A program made the translations under genes and the position numbers. Below the pieces are notes generated by a model, which had not been told where the DNA came from, made no database searches, and saw only the letters and a program-made list of their open reading frames with translations. DNA of 63,897 nt, filler included, from Rozella allomycis CSF55 (Eukaryota), in NCBI GenBank assembly GCA_000442015.1. It is 5 parts of 5 records of this genome, joined end to end, with 100 filler letters (N's around TTAATTAATTAA, not from the genome) between each part and the next. Parts side by side here need not be neighbours in the genome. Positions count along the whole stretch, not along the records: positions 1 to 16,128 come from KE561101.1; positions 16,229 to 46,492 come from KE561104.1; 3 more parts are not named here. One strand, 5' to 3'. Positions within the stretch are counted from its first letter, which is position 1, and each line of letters begins with the position of its first letter. Of this stretch, positions 12,150-24,404 are shown piece by piece.

Positions 12150-14909
12150 AAAACCATCGTGGCTGATATTCCGTTGTCCTTTCTTTCCTAGCCAATCTTT
12201 GCTTTTCTTCAAGATCATTTTTTAATTTAGAAGCAGCGTCGTAATCACCCCTCTCTAGAGCTCTTTGGTCTTCCCGAAGACGAGAATCTGTTGGACAGAG
12301 GTAATCTTTGAGGGAGTCTGTTAATTCATTTAATTGTAAAGCAAAACTGGTAAAGTTGAAACTGTTTCCAAATTCAGGAGTTGGATTCCTTTTCCAAAGT
12401 GTCGTGGCTTGGTTCTCATTTCTTGTGAGAATTAGACGATCGTTCCATTTCCCATGAATATTCCATTGCAAATCATTTCCATTCGCATCATAACATTTTC
12501 CTATTTATTTGTAGTGGATGAAAGTACCTTGAACAATTTTTGAATCTTTTGAGCGCCAACCAGGTTTACAGAATTCTAAAATACAATTTTCACCAGTTGA
12601 ATGATTCTAATAATTAATAAAACCAATTTAAATTACAATGATTGTCATTGTTCCATAATGGTCGATGGTTAATTTGCCCATAAGGATACCGTTTACAGCT
12701 GTGATGACTTTTTTCCATGAAAAGTGTTCTCCAGTCTTTTTCAATGTAACGTGAGAGACACCTAATGGATGAGCTTCAAAACTTTTGCCAGTGAAGCGAG
12801 TGTAAACGTTAACTTCAGACCAGAAAACAAAATTGTCAGAATCACAGTAACAAGCACTGATTGGCTAAATGAATGAATTTGATATGAAATTTACTGGATG
12901 ATGAGAAACTTGTTCTGAAAGATAGCGATATCCTTTTTCTTTTGAAACAAATTCAAACGTTTCACCAAGGAGAGGATTGAAGGGTTTTCCAGTTCTTCCT
13001 TCAGTTGAAGAATAGCTGCTCATAGCGAATGCAGCAACAAGCGATAATCTGTCAAGAGAATTTTCTTTAAAGTTTGCGTTTGTTAATAAATTGACGTATT
13101 CAACATCTTCACATAAACGTTGTAACATTGAAAGGGGCTCATTAAAGTTAACAGGGATTGCCATTCTTGTTAAATCTTTTCCTATAGCGTTCTTTAAGAT
13201 GCTCCAAAGTGAAACAGATGAAGATTTCTTTTCAGTTTCTGGAAATGAATTTCTAAATTGATCTGGATAACCCACAATTGAGTCTTTGATAAAATCTTCT
13301 TTTACTTCAACAGAAATTTCTTCATCTGCATCAAAAAATAAATCTTCATCTTCCAAATTTTCATTTTCTATTTTTAAACTTGATTCACTTTTTTCTTTTC
13401 TTAATTTTTCAAATTGACTGTTTTCTAATGCAAGGGCCTGTAGTGATTCTTGTAATATTTTATCCTTTTCAATATCCATCGTAATCCTCTTTTTCAATTT
13501 ACTTTCTCTTTGATCCATCAACTGAATTGTTTTTTTAATTGAATTTATGGCTTTTTTACTTTGATCTTCAAATTCTTTTAATTTTTCATCAAAATTTTCA
13601 TCTTTGGATCTATTTGTGAAATTTACAAAATTATTCAAACATTCTTCCAAAATTTGAATTTGCAGAGAAGCAGCATTAAATAAAGTACTTTCGCCTGCAT
13701 CAACTGGAATGTCAACATCTTCATCTTCATTAAACGAATATGTCATTGATGCCTTCCTGGATATCGTTTGTGGATCCATGCTAGTTAAGTACTTTTGAAT
13801 CTCTGTCAACGCTACTATCCACTTTTTTGCATCCCCTGCACTATCTGCCCTCAAATGCAATCTATTAGAATTATTTCCAAACACATCAAAATGAAGTTTA
13901 TCCGATCTATCAATAACAATCTTTGCAACACTCAGATGGATAGACCCTCTACACGCCACTGGATAATCCTCTTGTGATTTATAATAAGAAAACGTCCCTT
14001 TTACATTCCTTTAACATATCATACCATCTTCCAATACAAAATATCTTCTTTTATATCCCCCTGCATAATTAGTCCATTTATTCAAATATCCTTCCATCCT
14101 CGTTTGCTTTCCCTCTGGAAATTCAAATGAATTTGACATTTTAGGCGCTATGCTTCAAATTCAATTATTTTACCTTCCTTTAATATTTGCTTTATATTTT
14201 CATGTTTCGCTACATCAATGGGAAATTTTCTCTTCTTGTTGGCAACATGCGGATTCGCTCCCTGCTCAATCAACCATTTCACGGCCTCTGTTTGATCACT
14301 CTTACTAGCACAAAACACATGCAAAAGTGTATCTCCACTTCCAGGCTCAGAAACATCCTTTCGGATCAAAACACTCACCCTCTCATCATTAAATAACTCT
14401 TTAACCCTTGATAGATCAAATGCATTGGCAGCTTGGAATATCTCACGTGTCTTCATTGCAATAAACGTTTTTCGATTATCTGTTACATAAACCCAAAACC
14501 ACTTACGCTCCATGGTAGTCAAAGTCTCACGTGTCTTTGCAACATCAAAAGCAGTCTTTCCTTCATTATTCTTTACAAAATCATGAATAGCGTCCGATTT
14601 CATCAAAACATCAACAACATCATGTCTTCCAGCTTGCGAGGCCTTGTGAAGAGGCGTATTCCCATGCATATCTACAGAATTCAAGTCAATACCATATTTC
14701 ATTATTTCTTGCACAAATGATTTGGAACCGACTGTGCATGCTAGATGCGCAATGGTGCCGTATTTTTCAGATTGATAGCGTCGGCACAGTTCTGGCAAGG
14801 TTTTGGCTGAATCTGGATATAGTTTGTACAGTAATTCTAGTAAAGTTTCCAGGTGGTTTTCTCGGATGGCATCTACTATGGCTATTGTTAACGTCCCGTC
14901 TGCGGACAT
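12150..14909 (-). CDS. OSH1: Oxysterol-binding protein, Osh1/Osh2 type (ANK-PH-FFAT-ORD), 3' truncated
   Basis: Ankyrin repeats (GNTPLHKAS), PH domain (KWTNYAGGYK), FFAT-like LFFDADEE, PVNFNEPLSMLQR, KPFNPLLGETF, EQVSHHP and PTDSRLREDQR. Six tiny introns. Confidence 0.93.
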
Positions 14910-15206
14910 TCTGAAATTTCAGCATTGTCATATTCATTCTTTCAAATGTGATTTATTAGTGTTTCAAATAATATAAATGAAATTAGATTTCGTGGTAACG
15001 GTGGTATGTTTATTTTTACTTTATTCATGTGCGAACATGGTCGACTTTGAAATTTAAACTGTTGAACTTACCTGACAAGTGAGTTTATGAGGAACAAAGG
15101 TTAAGTTATTATAAAGATTGGGATTATAAAATTAGCGGAGCCCAATTTATTAATGAATACAGAATGTAATTATCTACTGATGATCTTGTATAGCCCAGCC
15201 ACTCAC

Positions 15207-15770
15207 ATGCGTGTCCTCTTTTTTCTACTATACATCGCAGGCTTTACATGGTCAACTGATTTGGGCATCGTGGACTTACGTGGTATTTACGACCACGAGT
15301 TAAAAGATATAGTCAAAAAATCGCCTGTGGACATGGAACTTCAAATCAATGAGATCTTAACACGGCAAAATATTGTTCGCAGGTTTGTCACCGAAAAAGC
15401 CTTTAATGACGCACTAAAAAGAATACGTACTAGCCGTGAACAAAACCCCTCCCGTTACGCCAACTCTATTAACCATGATGTTGAAATTTTATTGAATAAT
15501 GTTCATGCCAGGAACTTTTTTGTTATCGATAAAGAAACGGAGAAAATCCTTCTTAAAAGTCAGTATGTGAGTAAAGTTCAAAGAATTGAATCACGAATGG
15601 CTGTGGCTCATTATAACTATGACTTAGTAGCAGCACATGGGTACGCATCTCAAGGGGGATCTATAGCGATGGAGGCGTGGGTTAAGAGTATCAAATCGAG
15701 AAAGAAACTAAAGGAAATGATTAAGCACTTCAATGAGCTTGAAAAATTAGAGCTTCCGCCCGAGTATTAG
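15207..15770 (+). CDS. Hypothetical secreted protein
   Basis: Signal peptide MRVLFFLLYIAGFTWS. Intronless ORF. Confidence 0.65.
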   Translation: MRVLFFLLYIAGFTWSTDLGIVDLRGIYDHELKDIVKKSPVDMELQINEILTRQNIVRRFVTEKAFNDALKRIRTSREQNPSRYANSINHDVEILLNNVHARNFFVIDKETEKILLKSQYVSKVQRIESRMAVAHYNYDLVAAHGYASQGGSIAMEAWVKSIKSRKKLKEMIKHFNELEKLELPPEY

Positions 15771-15918
15771 ATTTATAGAACTAGAATAAAGTCATTTTAA
15801 TGATTGATATGGTATTTCTCTAATTGGACTGTCAAAATTTGTTCCCCGTTGCAAACACCCACTAACATCTTGTTACAAAATAATTAAGGGCAGCTCGCTA
15901 AAAAAATTATAAGTGAAT

Positions 15919-16128
15919 CTATGCTTTATTGTCTTTCATGATTTTAGCATACGTATTTGTAAATATCATTCTTAACACCTCTTTTGTGATTGGATCTAGC
16001 ACTGATGTTGTCTTTTCTGTATTATATTGCTTTTCAAACGTTTCTCTAACAATACTTGGAAGATTTAATTCGAACTTTGAATCCTTTTGGATATATTTGC
16101 TATATATCTTTCTCAAGAATTTTTGTAC
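15919..16128 (-). CDS. RGS-domain protein, 3' fragment
   Basis: KIYSKYIQKDSKFELNLP...EVLRMIFTNTY matches the C-terminal half of an RGS domain. Confidence 0.7.
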   Translation of the reverse strand, partial: VQKFLRKIYSKYIQKDSKFELNLPSIVRETFEKQYNTEKTTSVLDPITKEVLRMIFTNTYAKIMKDNKA

Positions 16129-16228
16129 NNNNNNNNNNNNNNNNNNNNNNNNNNNNNNNNNNNNNNNNNNNNTTAATTAATTAANNNNNNNNNNNNNNNN
16201 NNNNNNNNNNNNNNNNNNNNNNNNNNNN
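16129..16228. other. Artificial scaffold linker
   Basis: N44-TTAATTAATTAA-N44, giving stops in all six frames. Confidence 0.98.
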
Positions 16229-16782
16229 AGCTGATTTCTGGGATCCGCAGCGGTGACCAAATCTGTGGAACATTTCCATTCATCGTCGACGACAAACTTT
16301 ATACGATGAGTCCCTGGCTTTAAAACAAGAACAGTTGAAAAATCGTTTTCACTTTCGCTACGTTTCAACTCTACTTTTTCTGTCCATCGATTAAATGACC
16401 CCATAACAAACACTTTGTTGCCACCATGTTTCCAAGTTATCACAGTTGGTATCAATTCTTGTGTTCCAGTTTCCGTTTCTTCTGTATCGAGATCCATCTT
16501 TTCTTCTTCAGGAATCGGAGGAATGTCTTGCAAAATTGGAGGTACGCTTGTTGAATACACTTTATTTGCATCTTCCACAGTTAAAGAAGTCAATAAAGAT
16601 CCAACAACAGGATATGAACTTCCATACACGTTATTTATGGAATTTGATTTTGTTAATGGGATTTCTACATGTGGCGACGTCGAGAGCTGGTCATTGGTAT
16701 TATTATTCTCGATGGTAATGTCTATAGGATTATTCACCTCATGGATAGGGGAATCATTAACTCTAGATGCTTGATTTCCCAT
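16229..16782 (-). CDS. SNF1/AMPK beta subunit, 3' truncated
   Basis: Myristoylation-type start MGNQAS. Glycogen-binding domain VITWKHGGNKVFVMGSFNRW...GTHRIKFVVDDEW. Confidence 0.9.
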
Positions 16783-16873
16783 TTGTGAAATTTACAAAAT
16801 GCTTTATTTAAGATTTAGTCAATTATCATCTAATTTAGATCGAGTACGCCTTGTATTATCGTAGCATTTAATT

Positions 16874-18085
16874 TCACTGACCAATAATTCTATAAAATAA
16901 TGTCAGATTTCGAGTTTCCCTAACTAATAGATAGAAGTACAATTTTACAAAGAGATCGTTCGCGCAGTTCCATTCGATTAAGAATCCGTCGTCGCTGACA
17001 GATAGTAACTTTGGGAAAACTGAATGAAACGCAACAGCATTTACTTGCGAAATGTGTCCATTTATAGTGCTTTGAACCTCAAGTGTATTAAGTGAAACTG
17101 TTTTCACAAAATGGTGATCTGGAAAAGCCAAAACTGGATATTTGCCTGTCGAACTTGCGGAAAGACAAAAATTCATCTTGAAATTTTGATTAATAATTTT
17201 TTGGCTCTATTAGAATATATTAATCATTTTACTTTCCATTTAAATTTACCTTGAGAATCCCAAAGCTTTATTTGCCCTTCGGATGATGCACTGGCCACAA
17301 AATTTCCACCGGGAATGACACACAATGCATGGACCGGCCCTTGATGAGACTCGACAACATTTCCATCATGAAATGAATTTAAAGAATTGGATTTTCTTAT
17401 GTCCCATAATCTGATTGATCCATCTTTGCTTGCAGAATATAACTCAAAGTCGTTAACGGTGGACCAAGCAACATCTAGAATAAATGATTTATGCCCTTTT
17501 AAATTAAAATAACAGCATGATAGTTTACCCCGTAAACTGTGTACACTTGATCTATTACGAATATCGCATAAGCGAATATCATTGAATTTAGATCCTACGG
17601 CTATTATCGCTTGACTTGAATGAAACTTGTGCGAAAAAACTGGCGCTTGAATATCAAACTTTAAAATACTCTATTTTCGAACTAATGAAATCATACTTGC
17701 ATTGTATTAGTATCCCATAATTTTACAGACATATCCATGGAACAAGTTGAAAACATTCCCGTGTCCACAGGGTACCATTGACATTGGTTTATACATTTAT
17801 TGTGCATTGATTGTCTTTAAAATAATTAGTTAATTTTATACTCCATGACCGGATGTTTGGTATCGATATCAAAAATTACACAACTACCATCTTTTCCTCC
17901 ACACAAAGCACTATTTAAAAACAGTTTATCATTTACAATCGTCCTTCTATTTCTTCTATTGATAAATGACTTATCCTTGGTGCTGTCGATGATCGTTCAA
18001 ATAGGGTAGCTTGTGTGAGGTTCGCCATTATCGCATCTTCATATTTACGGCGTAATTTACGATCATTTGAGATTAGCTTAAACAT
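16874..18085 (-). CDS. ERCC8: ERCC8/CSA (Rad28)-like WD40 protein
   Basis: WYPVDTGMFSTCSMDMSVKLWDTN, IRLCDIR, HSLRGH and DGSIRLWDIR across tiny introns. 3' end approximate. Confidence 0.85.
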
Positions 18086-18158
18086 CGAATTTGATATGAA
18101 GTAGCTATTTGTAATCAAGAAAAAGTCGCAACTTGCGAATTTTTACAAATATGCGAAC

Positions 18159-19095
18159 ATGGAAAGTAACTTTCAACCTTTTCTTAAATATTTGTTCCTA
18201 GTTGTATCTGACATACATTATCATGTTAATAACTTGAGCCGCTTAAAGGAAGAGATTGAAGAATCGAATAGGTACCTTATTGTAAGGACCAGGAAATAGT
18301 GATATTAGTGCTATAATTTGTCTCGGTGACATGATTAACATACCAAATAACCCTGGGGAGACTTATAACAATGAGCAATACATAGCATTCCACCAGGAGA
18401 CACTTGATGTTATCCACTCCTTGAAATCCATCAACAGCAGACTCTATTTTATACCTGGTACGGTAAATTACTTGTGTAGACGTGTCAGGCAATCATGATT
18501 CCAGATTCCTATTCAAAGATTTAGAAGAAACTACTTTAGATACGGGGGCTACCAATATACATCGAGAAACGCATCTCCTATTACCGGGTCTAAAACTATT
18601 TGGACTTGGTGGTTCGGTTGATGCTTTTGATGACAAATCATCTAGAAATATCATTTGGCATGGTATTAATGGAAAATACGTTACAAAGGTTTTCCGTATT
18701 CTGAAAGTGGTTTGGGTACAGCGCTTTCTGACATTGATATTCCTAAACAAGAACAATTGATTTTGGTTTCCCATTGTGGCCCATCAAAATCTGGTACCAA
18801 TAATACTATATAAGAAATAGGAACGACATTGATTCAAAAAGACCCGACTAATCCTGAGGAGCCAGTAATACACTCTGGAAGCTCTGCAATATCTGAGTAT
18901 TTGCTCAGTAACGACTCTGATATATTAGTTAACTTTCATGGGCATTCACATCATAGCTGGGGCTGTTACACTTTAAAAAATAGACTCATTGTTAATCCAG
19001 GTGCCTTAAAGGATGGACGATATTTGATAATAACAATCGCATCGCAAGATGGCAAATATCATGTTAAAAACTTGCAGTTTAGCAAAATGGCATAA
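18159..19095 (+). CDS. Calcineurin-like metallophosphoesterase
   Basis: SDIH, GD, PGNHD, SH, HGHSH and NPG motifs in order, across 4 tiny introns. Confidence 0.85.
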
Positions 19096-19107
19096 CTAAA
19101 TAAATGT

Positions 19108-19397
19108 TTATTCATTCAATTCAAGAACGTATTTGTTCATGTTTTCGATTTTTGATGACAATCTCTCTTTAACTTTCAAATAGTCATTATTGTACGTTTC
19201 TTTAAGGCTTTGAATATCCAACACTATAGAATCCCAGTCCTTTTGAGATTCCGAAAGAAATTGCTGAATTTCTTTAGTCAATTCAGTTGTAGCTGAGGAG
19301 AATTCTAAGAATTAACGGAAAGTAATTTACTCAGTATCGCATCATTCATTTTTTGGTAGCTCTCGTTTTCAATTTTCGTCGAAAGAGGAGAATTCAT
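19108..19397 (-). CDS. Small (~87 aa) helical hypothetical protein
   Basis: ATG...TAA frame restored by a 26-nt GT-AG intron (19305-19330). Not in the ORF track. Confidence 0.55.
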
Positions 19398-19458
19398 GTG
19401 ACAGCCACAGCAAGGGTTAGTCATCAAGTAACTATACACTAAACAAAACACTATTTAT

Positions 19459-21022
19459 TTAATCAATTTCATCTTGAATTTCATGGCACCACATGTGATA
19501 CATTTTCTCTCCCAAATATTCTTGCATGTTGGAAAACTCTGCGTAATTGAATATTCTTTCAAAATGAGAAATATATTCCTCTGGCGGTATTTGAAGATTG
19601 AATTCTAGGGCGGTAAAAATCAAAAATTCATTTTCTTTTATTTCCTTTATGGAAATGTCAAAGGATTTTGATAAAATCTAAACAAGGAAATTTAAATTGC
19701 ATTACTTCCAGAACCCTGGCATAATTAGTTTCTTTAGGGTCATTCACCTTTACAGACAAAAGAAAACAACATGCTGCAGCAAGCCTTCGATTTGATTTCT
19801 TTACGTAGTGCTTTAAAATAAGCTTCTCGAAAAATGCGAAAGATTTGGCAACACTCGAGAATTCAATGTTCTACATTTTTTACGAGAGTCAAAGCTTACC
19901 CCTTCAATCGCCACGTTAATCAAAATTTCTTTCACCTTGCGAATTTGGCTTAAAGTCAAATTGGGGTCCAAATCGGGGTGTTTTTGTTTGAATTTTACGT
20001 TGCACTCTCTCTTAAGTTCAGAAGGTCTTGAATATGGTATTAGTGAACCCTTTTATACTAAAAACGATACAATACCATGTAGGAAGGTAGATTAATCACA
20101 GTACGATGAAATCCCGATCTTAATTCAATATCATCCAGAAATAGCGGATCATAGTGGATATCCTTGTCATCAATTGAGTTATCTAGCAAATGACCATATG
20201 AGCTGGCCTTTCTTCTTTTCAAATTATCCATTTGAATAGTCAATCTACGTGTAGTTTCTGTTAATTTATTGGAATATTGTGGCTGATGCAACTTTCCCTG
20301 TTTGCGCGCTCTTTTCCTAAACTTTTCTTTTGCTGCATTATAGACGATTAATGAACTAAATGCAAAAGNTTTTCCTTGTTTTCGCGCTCTTTTGCGAAAC
20401 TTTTCTTTTGCTGCATTATAGACGATTAATGAACTAAATGCAAAAGGAATACCCTGTTTTAACTATTGAACAATTTTATACCTCCTTAGTTGCAAAACAA
20501 ATTGCTTTGGAAGAATGCTGAGTGAGTTGTGGGACTTGTCCATTATGGCTTGTGAGAAATGTCAGCTTTCGCCGCTATTTAAATAAAAACTTAAACATAC
20601 TGCTAAAATCATATTAAATACTCCTAGATACCTGCTAATTTGTTTTCTTCTTCTAAAGACACTGTCGATCTTCGATCACTAGCACTACTAGTAGAAATAA
20701 ATTTTGAACTATCTATGGAATATTTTCTTTGTATTGTAATGTTGTCTTGAGGGTTATCAGGTCGATTGTCCGTTTCAAGAGAAGAAAGAAATTCGACTGC
20801 TTCTTTTTTCATCTCATAAGAGGTTGGAATATTTTTATTCTCAACTTCTAGTTTTGAAACTGTTCTTTGACGATTTAAAATAGGTGTTTGTGGTACTAAT
20901 TGAATATCCACGCTGATACTAATATTGTTAAGAAATTCATATGCATCTTTATATCTTTGCTTCCGTATCCCTTCAATACTATCATCCGGAGGTTCATTAT
21001 CATCACTTTCCGGAATCAACAT
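19459..21022 (-). CDS. CABLES-like cyclin-fold protein
   Basis: YDPLFLDDIEL, LTLSQIRKVK, FEKLILK, NRRLAAACCFLLSVKVND and EFLIFTALEFNL. Probable 2-nt microexon at 20601-20602. Small duplication at n 20369. Confidence 0.85.
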
Positions 21023-21281
21023 CCAGTTGTCGACCAGGGTACTTTCAGGTTTTAGCGTGAAAGCATAATTATTGAAAGTATATTAGAGTAGACAAGAAGG
21101 TTATATTATAGGAAGTCGGTAGCACGGTCAGTTAATTGATATCAAGGAAAACAGAAGCCACTTAAATTTTTATNAGTATATTGGATTAAACAAAAAGGTT
21201 AATTTGCATATTACGTAAGTCGGTACGGGTAGTACGGTCAGTTAATTGATATCAAGGAAAACAGAAGCCACTTAAATTTTT

Positions 21282-22273
<992 letters not shown>

Positions 22274-22284
22274 AATAAAAATGG

Positions 22285-23749
22285 TTAGAATTGATTAAAA
22301 TATTTATTTAATGTGCCAGCGAAATAAAAACAATCGGCAAAGGTATTATAGAAAGCGGAAGGTGCAACCCTTATCACGTTTGGCTTTCTTACATCGCAAG
22401 TTATGTTTTCAGATTTTAAAAAATCGTGGAGTTTGTCAATATCTGTCGTTTCAACAAGAAGCGAAAGTTGTGAACCGCGCTCTGAATCTTTAACAGGGGT
22501 GATTATCTTTAATGGTAATTTGTACTCTTCTATCAATAATCTTAAGAAAGATGACATTAATAAATGTTTGGTACAAATTTCTGACATTGTAGTCTTTTTG
22601 AACACTTGCATGCTGGCGTAAAGACATCCTATTGACAGAACGCAAGGATTTGACAGTTGATAACCCCCTGCTCCTATAGTGGGCCTTAATTCATTATCCA
22701 TGTTGAATCTGTGATTTTTGTCATGACCCCACCAACCACTAAGTCTCTTTAAAGGGCGATGGTCATGTTTTTGATGAACAAAGATTCCGGAAATCCCACC
22801 TGGACCGCTGTTCAAGTATTTATAACTACACCAAGCAGCAAAGTCAACATTCCATTCATGTAGGAAGAGTGATACATTGCCAACACAGTGTGCTAAATCA
22901 AAACCGGCAATGCAACCCAAAATCATTGAAAAGAAAGTTAATATTACCTTTTTATGCGCTGCATCGGTGATTTCTTTTATGTCAAACAATTGACCGGTGT
23001 AATAATTGATACCACTAAATAATATCAGAGATATCTGATCTCCATGTTTTTCGATACAATCAATGATATCTTCATGTCTTAAAACATATTCATTTGCCCG
23101 GGGTTTCAATTGTATAATACATTCTGATGGATTCAAATCATGGAATCGTATTTGAGATTCTATAGCACACTATTTAATTGTAACATATGTATTTACATAG
23201 TCAGAAGGAAACGATGGTGATTCAATCAGTATTTTATATCTTTCTTTCGTTGGATTATAAAACGAAACCATCAATAAATGGAGGTTGCATGTTAATGAAT
23301 TCATCACTGCTATCTCGCTAATGCTACAACCTATAATTTAAAAAATACGCTAATACCAAGAATGTAAGATAACTGCTCAAGACAAATGTCGCTCATTGAT
23401 ACCCATGGCCTTCCAAAATCATGGCTCAAATGTCCTTTTACTCCCCAAAATTTTTGAACTGTAAATTTTACCTCATTTTCCAAACATAAAGCTCTTCGAG
23501 TATAATCCTTTCCAAATTCTTGGGTTGTAGCCCCAATGAATTACCGCTCAAGTACACACCTATCAAGTTCCATAATTTTTTTGTACCTTGCTTACCATTA
23601 TCATTACAAGGTATATAAAATTCTTCTTTAAGATGTTTCATTGGATCCATCTTATCCAGAAAATTGGCGAAATCTGAGGACGTCAAAGCAATTCTGAACC
23701 TGACAGCATATTCATGAAGTACATCGGCAGCAACAAACTCTTTGGTCAT
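22285..23749 (-). CDS. BNA5: Kynureninase
   Basis: [45 protein letters not shown] and RGSQLS. Five introns, two apparently ending in TG. Confidence 0.95.
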
Positions 23750-23833
23750 TAAATTAAACTTTCTGCATTCATTTAATCAGATTGTATATCTCAAGGGCAA
23801 AGCTTACTTTTTACAGGTATAAGAAATTTCGGA

Positions 23834-24397
23834 ATGCAGAATTCTGGACCTTTTGCAGCTCCCATAAGCAGATTCCCCACACCTTCACAGTTGCCCAACA
23901 TCCCTCCTGTAAAACAACCGGAAGAAAATGAACTGGAAGAGTCAGATGAAGATTTGAATATGAACTCTACTCCAGATTCAATAAAGAACAAACAGATAGA
24001 ATTAAAAGAAAAAATGAAGTAAAGTTTGTCTTTTTTCTTTGAAAGGTATTTGTTGGCGAATATGGATGACGATCAAATGAAAAGATATGAAGTTTATAGA
24101 AGATCTGGATTTCCGAAAGCTGCCATAAGGAAATTCGCCCAGGGGACTTTAAATCAATCTGCTAATGAGAATACAATAGTTGTTTTGAGAGGTATAGCAA
24201 AAGTTTTTGTAGGAGAAGTTATTGAAGAAGGTAAACATTCGTAATTGAATGAATAAATAGCGAAAAATGTACAAAGTGAAGAATTAGAAACGGGCGCGTT
24301 GACACCCAGCCAAATAAGAGAAGCGTACAGAAGATTGAAAAAGAAGGGTGTAATTAACTATCATAACTCAACCGCAAGCAAAAGAATATTTTTATAA
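23834..24397 (+). CDS. TAF11: TFIID subunit TAF11
   Basis: QMKRYEVYRRSGF, GIAKVFVGEVIEEA and LTPSQIREAYRRL. Two introns. Confidence 0.92.
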
Positions 24398-24404
24398 TAA
24401 ATTT

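Noticed and set aside
16173-16184. Recurrent TTAATTAATTAA palindrome (also near 46537, 55662, 62805)
   Set aside because: Always centred in an identical N44 spacer. It is an artificial six-frame-stop linker, so adjacency across it is meaningless.
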